Both the position numbers and the translations under genes were made by a program. Below, one piece after another: positions 48,440-61,039 of a DNA stretch of 64,000 nucleotides; the stretch's first letter is position 1, and every line of letters begins with the position of its first letter. The DNA is from Squalus acanthias. Taxonomy: Eukaryota. The DNA lies in the NCBI GenBank assembly GCA_030390025.1, contig CM059431.1, positions 133,860,001 to 133,924,000 on the forward strand. Direction: 5' to 3'. A model generated the notes under the pieces. The model saw only the letters and a program-made list of their open reading frames with translations. It was not told where the DNA came from and did no database searches.

Positions 48440-50343
48440 TGTATCTAGGATTGTGTCTTTTTCCTTTTCCGCTTGCTTCTACGAGGTGCAACCCCTGTGG
48501 CTTCAACAGAGGTAGAGGCAAGCTGCTCATTTCCCTGTTGAACTGCTTTGACACTTTTGGCGGACGTCTTCTGGGTTTTGAAGCCTGTGAGGGCCCCGCC
48601 AAAGACTGCTCCTCCTGCAACTGTGCAGGGGCAGACTCGGCCATTGGGATCCGAGGAGTAGGGGGAGGCGATGGGGGAGAAGTGGGAGTGCTTTGAGAAG
48701 AGCCCCCACTTCCATATCCCCACTCAACATCATCCCTCTCATGGGCCACCCGCACTTACCTGCTAGCAAGGAGCTGGAGGGCACCTTGCTGCACATCAGT
48801 GGGGTGATGAATGCCCAAGTCAACGTTTATATCCCTCCTAGAGATGAGGTCAATGAGCGTCTGCTATCTGTTATTCACAGCAAGCATGTTCTCGTTGGAC
48901 TGGCGTATTTGCTGCTCCATGCAGGTGGCCATCCTTTCCATGGAACAGCACATCATCACCATCACATGCATGAAGAGGGTGCTCATGTTGGAGATGAACT
49001 TTCATTCTCTGTACATTTGCACACATCGCAGCTGCAAAAGCTGCCGGAGCCTCATACAATTATTGCTGCTCCTCCAAGATCACCCTCTTTCTCGATGGCT
49101 TCCAAGGTTCAGCATCTGCATGCAGCTCAGCAGAGCTTGGATCATCCTGCACCCTCCGACGAGGAGTCTCCACTGTTGTCCCTGTCAACACCATCTGCTC
49201 TTGCTGATGTGATGTGTGAGACACCAGGTGACAACACTACACTATCTCACGCAGGACTCACCAAGGTGTGCGTATCTGCGCTGGTGCTGGGTGTGCTTGG
49301 GTCTGCTGACGATGCCCCCTCAGAGGCTGGAGCTTCCTCTGAGGAGTCGCCATCCTCCTGCGTTTGGACAGTGGTGTGTGGGGGGGGGGGGGGCACTTGA
49401 TGGACCTGTGGGAGAGTAAGGAGATGAATTAGAAGTGTTATGACAAGAATGGGTAACGTTACCATTATGCACATGATGACATTTCACTGGCTGCTGACAT
49501 CAGTCACCATATGAGTGACTGTTGTATGCCATGTGGCTGTATGAGATTTAATTCTGTCACCAGGTTGTTGGAAGGTCCCCCTCTCTCCGTATCCCGCCAG
49601 CAGCTCTGCAACTCCAGAGATTTCGAGGGAGTGCTCCTCTGCTGGTGTCAAATTACTGAAGACTGGAGGGCCACCCCTGGTTCTCTGCCTCTCCCTATTG
49701 TTGTGCGCTCTCTTCTCCTGCAAGGGGGGAAAGAAGAGAACTTTGAGTGAGAGTGATGGAATGAGTGTAAGGAATGGATGGGCTAAATCTGTAGAGGGTG
49801 ACTATGAGGGAGTGGTGTGACATTGTCAAATGGCCTTCTTCTGTGGTGTTACTTGCTATGATTGCATTAGAATGAGGGTGAGTGTGAGGGGTAGTTAGTC
49901 AGATGGGGATGTGAGTATGTACATAGAGAAAGAGGGATGGGTGGACCTGCAAGATATGTTGGTGTGAGTAATGATGTGCAGGAGTAGGCTTGGGAAAGCA
50001 GAGTGTTGGGGATGTGTTGACAGGCACTTCAGGATGAGGTTGAGTGTGACATTGCACTCACCTTTCCTAACCTTATGAGATCATTGATGCGCTTCCTGCG
50101 CTGTATCCAGGTCATCCTGACCGCATCCCTGCTGCTGATCTCCTCAGCTATATCCAGCCAGGCTCTTTTTGTTGCTTGTGGAGGTCTCCTTTGCCTGTCA
50201 GCAGGGAAGAGGACCTCTCTGCGTGCCCTGACAGCCTCCACAAGAGTATGCAGCGAAGAATCAGAGAACCGTGGTGCAAGCCCTCTGCCTTTGGCTATCC
50301 ATCCTTCCAAAGGTTTAGCTGTACTGTGGCCTTTACTTGACAC
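48440..50343 (-). pseudogene. Harbinger Myb/SANT-like gene, exons 50343-50062, 49717-49561, 49405-~48440
   Basis: APRFSDSSLHTLVEAV..AW..W.Q.RKR.NDL|gtgagt; EKRAHNNRERQRTRGGPP; GVAPRRSKRKRK. Confidence 0.85.
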
Positions 50344-50904
50344 CTACCACCCTCCTCTGTCAACATCCAAGTGAGTAGAGTGCAAGGCTGCTTTAAATAT
50401 GGGCACTGGAAACGAGTCATCGTTGACGTCACCAGACCCGCACACTTTAATAGGGCTGGGAAATGCGCATGAGTCTTTCAATTGGGGCCATTAAGTTAAA
50501 GTCGCTCTGAGCAGCGCGTTGCTCAGAACATCGCATTCCCGAGCCGCTACGCCGCCCGCATGCACCCAACTCGATGCAAAGGAAAAAATTCCGCCCATGG
50601 AGGGCCACCTCTGGTTTTCTGCCTCTCCCTGTTGTTGTGCGCTCTCTTCTCCTGCGTGGAAAGAAAGAGAACTTTGAATGAGAGTGATGGAATGAGTGTA
50701 AGGAATGGATGGGCAACATCTGTAGAGGGTGACTATGAGGGAGTAGTGTGACATTGCCAAATGGCCTCCTTCTGTGGTGTTACTTGTTATGATTGCATTA
50801 GAATGAGGGTGAGTGTGAGGGGTAGTTAGTCAGATGGTGATGTGAGTATGTACTTAGAGAAAGAGGGATGGGTGGACGTGCAAGGTATGTTGGTGTGAGG
50901 AATT

Positions 50905-52390
50905 ATCATAGAATCATAGAAATTTACAGCACAGAAGGAGGCCATTTGGCCCATCATGTCCGCACCAGTTGACAAGGAGCTATCCAGCCTAATCCCACCT
51001 GCCAGCTCTTGGTCCGTAGCCTTGTAGGCCATGGCACCTCAGGTCCACATCCAAGTTCTTTTTGAATGTAGTGAGAGTTTCTGCCTCTACCACCCTTTCA
51101 GGCAGTGAGTTCAGACCCCCACCACCCTCTGGGTGAAAAAATTCCCCTCAAATCCCCTCTAAACCTCCTACCATTTACTTTAAATCTATGCCCCCTGGTT
51201 GTTGACCCCTCTGCCAAGGAAACAGTTTTTTTCTATCCACTCTATCTAGGCCCCTCATAATTTTATACACCTCAATTAGGTCTCCCCTCAGCCTCCTCTG
51301 TTCCAAAGAAAACAACCCCAGCCTCTCCAAACCTTCCTCATAGCTAAAATTCTCCAGTCCAGGCAACATCCTCATAAATCTCCTCTGCACCCTCTCTAAC
51401 ACAATCACATCTTTTCTGTAATGCGGTGACCAGAACTATACGCAGTACTCTAGCTGAGGCCTAACTAGTGTTTTATACAGTTCAAGCATAACCTCCCTGC
51501 TCTTATATTCTATGCCTCGGCTAATAAAGGCAAGTGTCCCGTATGCCTTATTAACCACCTTATCTATCTGTCCTGCTACCTTCAGGGATCTGTGGACATG
51601 CATTCCATGGTCCCTCTGTTCCTCTGCACTTCTCAGTGTCCTACCACTTACTGTGTATTCCCTTGCCTTGTTAGCCCTTCTCAAATGCATTACCTCGCAC
51701 TTGTCCGGATTGAATTGCATTTGCCACTGTTCTGCCCACCTGACCAGTCCACTGATATCTTCCTGCAGTCTGCAGCTTTTTTCTTCATTATCCACCACAC
51801 GGCCAATTTTTGTATCATCTGCAAACTTCTTAATCATGCCCCCTACATTGAAGTCTAAATCATTGATATATATCACAAAAAGCAAGGGACCTAGTACTGA
51901 GCCCTGCGGAACCCCACTGGAAACAGCCTTCCAGTCACAAAAACACCCATCGACCATAACCCTTTGCTTCCCACTTCTGAGCCAATTTTGGATCCAACTT
52001 GCTACTTTGCCTTGGATCCTATGGGCTTTTACTTTCGTGACCAGTCTGCCATGTGGAACCTTATCAAAAGCCTTGCTAAAATCCATATACACTACATCAA
52101 ACGCACAAACCTCATCGACCCTCCTTGTTACATCCTCAAAAAATTCAATCAAGTTAGTCAGACACGACCTCCCCTGAACAAATCCATGCTGACTGTCCTT
52201 GATTAATCCGTGTCTTTCTCAATGAAGATTTATCCTGTCCCTCAGAATTTTTTCCGATAGTTTTCCCACCACCGAGGTTAGGCTGACTGGCCTGTAATTA
52301 CTCGGCCTATCCCTTTCTCCTTTTTAAACAATGGTACGACGTTAGCAGTCCTCCAGCATCACACCTGTAGCCAGAGAGGATTGGAAAATG
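50905..52390 (-). mobile_element. CR1 (family C-like) 3' part, in the Myb intron of the outer Harbinger arm
   Basis: ORF 51436-52152 has FADDTKIG; (ATTCTATG) tail at ~50905. Confidence 0.92.
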
Positions 52391-53097
52391 ATGTGCAGGA
52401 GTAGGTATGGGAAGGCAGAGTTGGGGTGACAGGCACAGTAGGATGTAGTTGAGTGTGACATTGCACTCACCTTTCGTGACCTCATGAGATCGTTAAATCT
52501 TTTCTGGCACTTGATCCACGTCCTCCTCACGACATCCCTGCTACTGACCTCCTGTGCGTTCTCCAACCATGCCCTTTTTGTCTCTTTGGGTCGTTGTTTT
52601 TGTCGATCGCCAGGGAAGAGGACGTCCCTGCTTGCTTTTACTGCCTGCACCAGCACTTTCAGGGAGGCATCTGTGAATCTTGGTGCTGCCCTCTGTCTTG
52701 TCTCCATGACCCACAGTTTTGTCAGTTTTATTCTGTTATTTAGACCTCTGGAAAAAACCTTCTGCACTCCTACATCAACCTTCAAATGAGATATGTGCAA
52801 GGCTGCTTTAAATGCTGAAATACGAGTCATCGGTGACATCATCAGACCCGTTCCATTTAACTGGGCCGGGAAATGCGGCTGACTGTTTTAATTGGGGCCA
52901 TTAAGTTAAATGCGCAGTGCAGAACGTGCTGTTAAAATCTTCGGGATCCCGACCTGCTATGCGGCCTGCATGCACCCGACCCAAAGGTAAAGATTCCGGC
53001 CAATGTTTCTATGGAAAAGTGCTTTAGGAACTACTTTGGCAACAAGGTCAGCTTAATTGTCATACAAGGAAGCCTTTCATTCACTATAAAGCTTACG

Positions 53098-54409
53098 ATG
53101 ACTGAGGATGGGACGACCTTGGATCTGGACTGGAGGCGACGGAGGTGGAACAGTTTCCCGTTTGTTCTGTAAATTAGCTCCACTCCAGCGGGCAGCTTAC
53201 TGAGGGTGAGATGGAGCATTGCAGCAAGGAAGATCGAGAAGAGCGTTGGTGCGATGACACAGCCTTGCTTGACCCCGGTTTGTACGTGAATTGGGTCTGT
53301 GGTGGAACTGTTGGTCAGGATCACGGCTTGCATGTCGTCATGAAGCAGGCGGAGGATGGTGACAAACTTTTGAGGGCAGCCGAATTTGAGGAGGACACTC
53401 CATAATCCCTCACGGTTGACAGTGTCTGCGCTCACTTGGAGGTCGAACTCCAAACCATCGTCAACACCTTCACTAAAGCGTACGAGAGCGTGGGCCTTAC
53501 ACTAAACATCCGTAAGACAAAGGTCCTCTACCAACCTGCCCCCGCCACACAGTACTGCCCCCCGATTATCAAAATCCACGACAAGGCCTTGGACAACGTG
53601 GACCACTTTCCATACCTCGGGAGCCTACTGTCAACAAGGGCAGACGTCGACGACGAAGTCCAACACCGCCTTCAGTGTGCCAGTGCAGCCTTCGGTCGCC
53701 TGAGGAAGAGAGTGTTTGAAGACCAGGACCTCAAACCCGGCACTAAGCTCATGGTCTACAGAGCAGCAGTGATACCCGCCCTCCTGTATGCCTCAGAGAC
53801 ATGGACCATGTACAGCAGGCACCTCAAAGCACTGGAGAGGTACCACCAACGCTGCCTCCGCAAGATCCTGCAAATCCATTGGCAGGATAGGTGCACCAAT
53901 GTCAGTGTTCTTGCTCAGGCAAACATCCCCAGCATCGAAGCTTTGACCACGCTCGATCAGCTCCGATGGATGGGTCACATTGTCTGCGTGCCCGATACGA
54001 GACTCCCAAAACAAGTGCTCTACTCGGAGCTCCGACACGGCAAGAGAGCCCCAGGTGGGCAGAGGAAACGCTTCAAGGACACCCTCAAAGCCTCCTTGAA
54101 AAAGTGTAACATCCCCACCGACACCTGGGAATCCCAGGCCCAAGACCGCACAAAGTGGAGGAGAAGCATCCGGGAAGGTGCCGAACACCTCGAGTCTCTT
54201 CGCCGGGAGCAAGTGGAAGCCAAGCGCAAACAGTGGAAGGAGCGCACGTCAACCCAAGCACCCCACCCACCCGCCCCTTCAACCACCGTCTGCCCCACCT
54301 GTGACAGAGACTGTAGGTCCCGCATTGGACTCATCAGTCACCTGAGAACTCATTTTTAATGTGGAAGCAAGTCATCCTCGGTTCCGAGGGACTGCCTAAG
54401 AAGGAAGAG
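53098..54409 (+). mobile_element. RTE-clade LINE, 5'-truncated with 5' inversion
   Basis: + ORF 53436-54359 ends in a C2H2-like motif (CPTC..HLRTH). 53098-53426 is antisense RT (GVKQGCVIAPTLF). 12-bp TSD ATAAAGCTTACG. Confidence 0.93.
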
Positions 54410-54420
54410 ATAAAGCTTAC

Positions 54421-54551
54421 GGCTAGTCGCTGTGATGCTCTGAGATAGTGAACTTTCTGTGAGAAAAGCGATTTTTGTAGGTTTTCTGTAGAATAGGCCG
54501 TTAGATTTAAAATTGTTATTATCAGCAATTCTGGAACTGTCCTTGATAGAC
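54421..54551 (-). CDS. Candidate exon of - strand gene (SIKDSSRIADNNNFKSNGLFYRKPTKIAFLTESSLSQSITATS)
   Basis: Acceptor cctttctatgtag, donor gtaagc. The phase-1 end fits exon 42666, but I found no phase-2 upstream partner. Confidence 0.4.
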
Positions 54552-54936
54552 CTACATAGAAAGGTACTATGTCTCCATTGGTTATCTTATGTTTATGGGG
54601 TCTTGCCATGGCAAAACCGTGAGTTGACTGTTTCTGCCTAGTGTAGAATGTGTGGGAGTTGGCAGGTGGCTGCTTGGCTTGGACACATAGAAAATTGATT
54701 GACATACAGGTACAAAGCAGGCTCAAGGTCCCATAATGCAATGCGTGATAAATGTATATAAAGTGGACTTAAAGCATAGAATGATAGAACATTTCTTGGA
54801 GCGGAAGTGGACACGCTCAAGTGATTGCAAGGCACATCAAGTTTGATGACCATGGAACTTTATTGATGTTAATCAGGTTGTACCACAATGTCTTATTTAC
54901 TATGTTACGATTGTATCCTTTGTATCTCAACATCTT

Positions 54937-57900
54937 GGTCGCGAAATTCCCCTGCTTAGCGCCGGCAGTTAAGGTCAATTTCAGGCAAAAAATTGGCGGC
55001 TGCCTCGCTTCTGCCCACTTCCAGCGCGGGCCACGGCAGCCGTCAATTTGGGCAGGTCAGTAGCACGGCCTTTGCCTGCGTGCAGCAGAAAAATTCAAAT
55101 GAGGCAGATCTTGACGTCAATCATAGTGCAACACTGATTTGATGCACAAGCTGCCATTTTGGACGTTGCCGTTCCAATCAACGCTCTCTCCTGAACACAC
55201 ACAGCTCAACGTGCGTTCACCAGCTCTATTTAAAGGAATACATCCAACTTGCAGGGAACTTGATTTTTGCTCTTGTACTTGCTCTTGCAGAGCTTATATC
55301 GATACTGGCTTGCTGGAACACATTTATAAAGTTGTTAAAGTGTGCAGGGAGTGCTAATGGACGTTGGCAAGACGTGGGCTGCTACTAGAAGGCCTCTGAC
55401 TACGCCACTTGCTCCCAGTCATGGGGGCTCTACTTGCAGTCCCCCTCGCACTGCAGCATGACAGGGAGATGGAGCAGAGGCAGCAAAGACAAGCTGCTGA
55501 CAGAGGGAGGAGCAGGAGTGGGAGGAGGGCTCTCAGCAGGAGGCCTTACCAACCTAGGGTCTTCAGGGAGGACTTCTCCTACCTGCACTTAAGCAGGAGC
55601 AGTGTGTTCAGAGGCTCCGCTTCAGCAAGGAGGTGGTCACAGAACTCTGCAACCTTTTGGAACAAGACCCGCAGCCTCAGAGCAGGGCAACGACGGCTCT
55701 GCCAGTGGCCTTCAAGGTGACCGCGGCCCTGAATCTTTTCGCCAGCGGATCCTTCCAGGCTGGAACAGGTGACATAGCAAACCTGGCCAACTGGAAGAGA
55801 CGGTTTTAGACATAATTGGAGGGACTGTCACTAAGGCCATGACGAGCGGCGAGGTTGAAAGCATTGATGATGATGGTGTGCTCATACCTAGTCCTTCTTC
55901 TCACATCCCACCTCCCCCACATCGCACAATCCCATATCACTTGCAAGCTGCTAAGCATGCACATCTTGCTTTTCCCCCCTGCCCTCACCACAACCCAAAC
56001 CTTGTGACTTTCTCCTTTCACATACCCAAGAACTGCCAGCAGCCCAGCCAGTAGGGGAGGAGAGTGATGGGGAAGAAGAGGCACCATCACTTGATCTGAC
56101 ACTCCCAGGCACCAGCTCAGGGAATGTCACTGCATGAACTTCGGAGGGTAGTATAGAGATGAGATCTACACGTGCCGAGTCACCAGGCACGAGTGGGCTG
56201 CAGCCAAGCCAGGGGGAAAGGGTAGTGCAGGTGTCAGCTCCCTGGAGGGTGAGTTCACACAAGAGTTCTGCTGCACAGGACTCAGATGAGGACCTCAATG
56301 GGGTGGCCTTCAGAAGAAGGGTGATGGTCATGCACACAGAAATGCTTGGTGCAATGGCATGCCTGCCAGCGAGCCACATGTCACTGTCAAGGAGCATGGA
56401 GGAGTCCGGCTCCAACATTGCACAGTGTTTTGCACGAAGCTTGGAGCCCATGATTTTCAGGATGGAAGTGATGGGCAACTCCATTAGTGGAGTGGAGCAT
56501 TTCTGGACCCAACCATGATGCTGGGTGTGATGGACAATGTTGCAGCTTCCATTGCAGCACAAGCGGAAGCGACCCAATGTCTGAGTGCTGCAGTGGAAGC
56601 TCAGACTGCTGTCATGCAATCTCAGCTTGCTGCCACACAAGCTCAGACTGCTGTCATCGTCGCTGGGTTTACGAGTGTCTTGGGCTTGCAGGGTCTCACA
56701 GCAGTCCAGCAATCTGTCCTCCAACAGTTGGCTGGAATGCTGAGGTGCCACCCTGGGGGAGTGGCAGTGGCTCTGTGAAGCAAAAAGCTGCTGTCCTCTC
56801 TCAGGATGACAGCATTCATCATCCCACCACTGCCACTCCACCAGTGGTATTGCTGTTGCCTGTCAGCCAGCCAGCCCAGACTGCTGCTGCCATTGCCGAG
56901 GTGGTGCAGTCCACAGCCAGGCCTTCTAGGCCCAGAGCTGTTCAAGGTCGTCCTGCAAGGACATCTGCAGTGTCCCCCACAGAAAGTCAGCAGCCTTTCA
57001 CCAGCCATGCTGTAGCTACTAGGGTAGCACTATAATAGGCAAAGGAACATGAAGTGGTCACAGTTCACGTGGTGGCAAGGGCTGCGCCTTATGATGGCCA
57101 ACTTGTGGAGGATGCAGCAGATCACCACGAAATGGGACACCCGCTCCGGCGTGTACTGCAGGGCTCCTCCCGAGCGGTCAAGGCAGCAGAACTGTTGCTT
57201 GAACACCCCGATGGTCTGCTCCTTGTGGCAGCATGGCTGTCATTTTATGATTGCTGGCCACGAGTAGTGGGGTTATGGAGGGGAGTCATCAGCCAGTGTA
57301 GAGCAGATAGCCCTTGTCTCCGAGCAGCCACCCTCGGGTTCGACATGATGGCTGGAAGATTGCTGGCACAGCGGACTGGTGCAGGATGAAGACATCATGA
57401 CTGCTGCCAGGATACCGGACATTCACCATCATGATGTGCTGGGCGTGGTCGCACAACAACTGCACATTAAGAGAGTGGTAGCTTTTGTGGTTGTGGTACA
57501 TCTCAGGATTGATATGCGGCTCCCGCAAAGCCACGTGTGTGCAGTCGATGGCGCCCTGCACCATGGAGAAGCCCGATATCCTGGCAAAGCCACATGTGCA
57601 CTTCTCCTGCTTCTCTCTATTCAGAGAGAAGACAATGCAGTCACTTCTCCTGGAGTACAGAACCTCTGTGACCTCCCGGATGCAGCAATGGACAGAAAAC
57701 TGGGAGATGTTAACTATGTTGCCTGCTCTAGCCTGGAAGGATCCGCTGGCAAAAAAATTCAGGGTCACAGTCAACCACTAGCAGTGCTGTCGTCGCCCTG
57801 CTCTGAGGCTGCATGTCTGGTTCAAAGAGGTGGCAGAGTTCTGTGATCACCTCCTTGGTGAAGCGGAGCTGCCGAACACACTGCTCCTGGCTTAGGTGTA

Positions 57901-58516
57901 GGTAGGAGAAGTGCTCCCTGAAGAGCCTAGGTGGGTAAGACCTCCTGCTGAGAGCCCTCCTCCCCCTCTGAGCAGCTTGTCTTCTTTGCTGCCTTTGCTC
58001 CATCTCCCTGCAAGTAGAGCCCCCATGACTGGGACCAGAGACCTTCCAGCAGCAGCCAATGCCTTCCCAACATCCAGCAGAACTCCCTGCATACTTTAAA
58101 AACGTCATAAATGTGTTCCAGCAAGCCAGTATTCATATAAACTCTGCAAGAGCCAGTACAAGAGAAATAATCAACTTACCTGCAAGTTGGATATATCCCT
58201 TTAAATAGCGCTGGTGGGGGCTCCATCGTGCAGCTGAATGCACATTCAGCTGTGCGCGTTTAGGAGAGGGTGTTGTTTGGAATGGCAATGTTGAAATTGG
58301 CAGGTCATGCGTCAAATTAGCTTTACACGCTGACTGACGTCACGATCTGCCTACTCTGCATACTGCTGGCGCACGCACGTCCCGCCCGTACTATGGCCCT
58401 CATCAAGATGGCGACCAGCATGGGCCACGCTGGAAGTGGGCTGAAGTGAAGCAGCTGCCATTTTTCCCTCCAAACCGGCCTTAACTGCAGGCGCTAAGGT
58501 GTTGAATTTCACGCCC
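54937..58516. mobile_element. Rearranged Harbinger with transposase-side arms at both ends
   Basis: 54937-55785(+) and ~57050-58516(-) both carry the transposase 5' region. Myb exons 2-3 (+) at 55786-57035. TIRs GGTCGCGAAATT / AATTTCACGCCC. Confidence 0.85.
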
Positions 58517-59008
58517 ATATACTTTGGACTAAAGCTCCCACTAATCTTTGAGTACCAAAGACCGAATCTAATATACATTACTCACACTTTCTAAATGGTT
58601 CATGGGCCCTATAGTTACGGGTTCTAAGTGAAATTAATTTGGACAGTCTCAAGCCTTTTAAATGAGAGTTCAGAGCCTCAAACATTCCATAAATCAGCAC
58701 TAATTGGCATCAAATGGTAAGTCCCACTTGATGCATGGGTACTGGAAATGTAGTATTGATGCAACAGGGTGATCTTCTAAAGTTGGCGTTAAGCCTATGA
58801 ACTTCCCGCGGCACTACAGCCCACCAGCAATCTCGGGGCTGTCCTTTTTAAATCCAATGCAGCTTCTGATGCCCCTACCTGGCATACACGGAAGACTATA
58901 AAGGGCAAAAGATCTTGCCAAGCCTGTGTATGCAATTAATCTGTATTTGTCAAAATATTGTGATTTAAAAAAATTATGAATTTGATACTGTAAAAATTAC
59001 TGACATAC

Positions 59009-59175
59009 TCTCAATAGGCTTGGGTCCAGCATTGTTGCTTTTAGTTGATTTCTGTTCCACGAAGGTACAGATTTCCTCCAGTTCACAGGTTTCAGACAAT
59101 TCATTTTCACTGCTTTCAGTTGATGTATTCTCTGAACTTAGAGTGCCTACAAATTCATCTGAACCGGACGATGTG
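59009..59175 (-). CDS. Internal exon of - strand host gene (TSSGSDEFVGTLSSENTSTESSENELSETCELEEICTFVEQKSTKSNNAGPKPIE)
   Basis: Acceptor ctttctttttatatag, donor gtatgt, 167 nt, phase 2 to 1, only open frame. Confidence 0.7.
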
Positions 59176-60419
59176 CTATATAAAAAGAAAGTAAAATTCT
59201 GTTGTTTGTAAATTTTAACACATAAATAAGCTACTTAATTTTTTTTCCCCAATAGTGCTTCCTTAAATAACTCATTTTATGTTTTCTTGTGTAATTTCTC
59301 ACTACACATTAAACTGTACCATAAATTATTTTATAAAAAAGTATGCAGGAACAAAAAATGCAACGAAGAATACGATAACCTAGATGGTGTGATTTAAAAT
59401 TTGATTTAGTTGAAGTGCTTTTCAAATTTGAAGCACTGTCGCACAATGGACCTGAAATTCCACTATCAGCACAACTGAGGCTTTTGTGCCACATTGCTGG
59501 AGCAGTGAACTAACTGCCCTAAATTTTCCACTTCAATTCATTTGAATGATTGTTAATAGCTGCCTGTACAGCTTTGCCCTTGTGCAGGAGCAAGGCTGAT
59601 GGAGCAAGGAGAAATTCTGGCCAACAGGTACAAATTAAAGGACTGAAAGATAAGTGCCTGCATGTAAGGACAAATACTTATTTTAGCCTTCAGCAAACTT
59701 CAAAATCAATGTTAGATATTTGTCAAACTTGGCCAAGACATCAGGGGGCGGGTGGGGGGCAGGGGGAAGTGAGTCGCGAGGATAAATGAAGTGAAAGGAA
59801 ACCCAGTGTGGAAGTACAAAACAGATTCTGTGGGCAAGTGATGAAGTGGTACAGTGCCTGACCTATTTGATTTTGGCTGAAGGGACACAAAGCTGCATGA
59901 GGTGAGTGTGAGAAGGACTGTCCAATTTGGCACTTCAGGGCACCCTCACCAGAGTGACATTCATGGCAGCAGATGGTAAGCAGGCTCAAAACTGTGCACA
60001 CTACCTGCCGAATCTGGAAACAACATTCTTTGTGTCTCAAGCATATCCATGCCTCAAGGAGGGCACACCTTCAAGGTGCAATGTGGATTTGAAAACATTG
60101 TCACACTTATATCTTTCAAGGCTGTGACATCGCAAATCATTTTGGAACTACCTAGCTGCATGATGCTTAGTGACACCCAAAATGGCATGCATGTTGTGCA
60201 CATTCTGCCATTGTGCATGCACTTCTTCAACTTCCAACCTTTGATTTTTCTGCTAGCGCAATCAAATGCCACCTTGACATTACAATCCCAATCTGCAGAA
60301 TGTCATCCCTGACCTGCAGGGTCTATGGACTTGCCTATGTAGGCAATGATGGGTCTGGACAACCCATCTCGGGTACAGGCAGACTGTCCTCTAAGGAACC
60401 CTCTGTACATCCTCATTAC

Positions 60420-60450
60420 CCTATTGCATATTGTAGTAAAATTCCCTTGA
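60420..60450 (-). CDS. Candidate 31-nt exon (xKGILLQYAIG)
   Basis: Very strong poly-T acceptor and donor gtaatg; phase-2 end fits exon 59175. Confidence 0.35.
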
Positions 60451-61039
60451 CTTGAAAAAAGAAAAAAAAATCTAAATTAAAAGGCAATCCAAAACAATGC
60501 ATTGAAGCAACGCAAAAAAAAGAACCTATAAAGGCTAAAAAACACGAACCAAATCACTGCACAAGAGAATTTTGAGAAAAGCAAAAAGTGCTCTCTGCTA
60601 GTTGTGTACCCAACTGCTGCACATTTCCTTTTATTGGTGCAGTCCTGTAACAGTGTTCTCCTAGCTCACCGAGTGGAAAGGCGCCCACATTCTCATTTAT
60701 TTTTATTTGTAGTAGAATTTCAGGACCAATATGTTTTCATCTCTGAGACTAACAGACTATTTCATTCCCTCAAAGGAACAACATGCTGTTGGCCTGTTTT
60801 ATGGCTTTATCTACCTGCACATGTACTTTCAGGGAACGATAGCCTAGAACCTCAGGCAAGAAATGGGCACGAATATTCTCACATGGCTTGTGGCGTGTGT
60901 GCACTCAGTTTGCGCCGGACGTGCGCTGCATCCCATATTGTTTAGGATGCCCCTCCCTCCCCCGATTCCCTCACTCTCCCCGCCCCCCGGGTCTTACCTG
61001 ATGCCCTCAGCCGGCGTCCCAGTCGCATAATTTTTAAAA

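Larger units (their letters stand above)
43648..53001. mobile_element. Harbinger composite with duplicated Myb-side arm, hosting Penelope and CR1 insertions
   Basis: Left TIR GGGCGGAATTT. Right TIRs at 50596 and 53001. TSD AAT (43645-47, 53002-04). Confidence 0.88.

Noticed and set aside
48693..49400. 235-aa His-rich + strand ORF
   Set aside because: Antisense to Myb exon 3 of the Harbinger
50029..50343. Host NAIF1/MSANTD gene
   Set aside because: Multicopy, TIR-bounded and decayed
58586..58623. 38-nt - strand exon (ttag|AACCCG..AAGT|gtgagt)
   Set aside because: Good splice sites, but I could not place it in a stop-free phase path with neighbouring exons
60700..60820. Host exon
   Set aside because: The - strand reads VDKAIKQANSML, a decayed CR1 RT fragment
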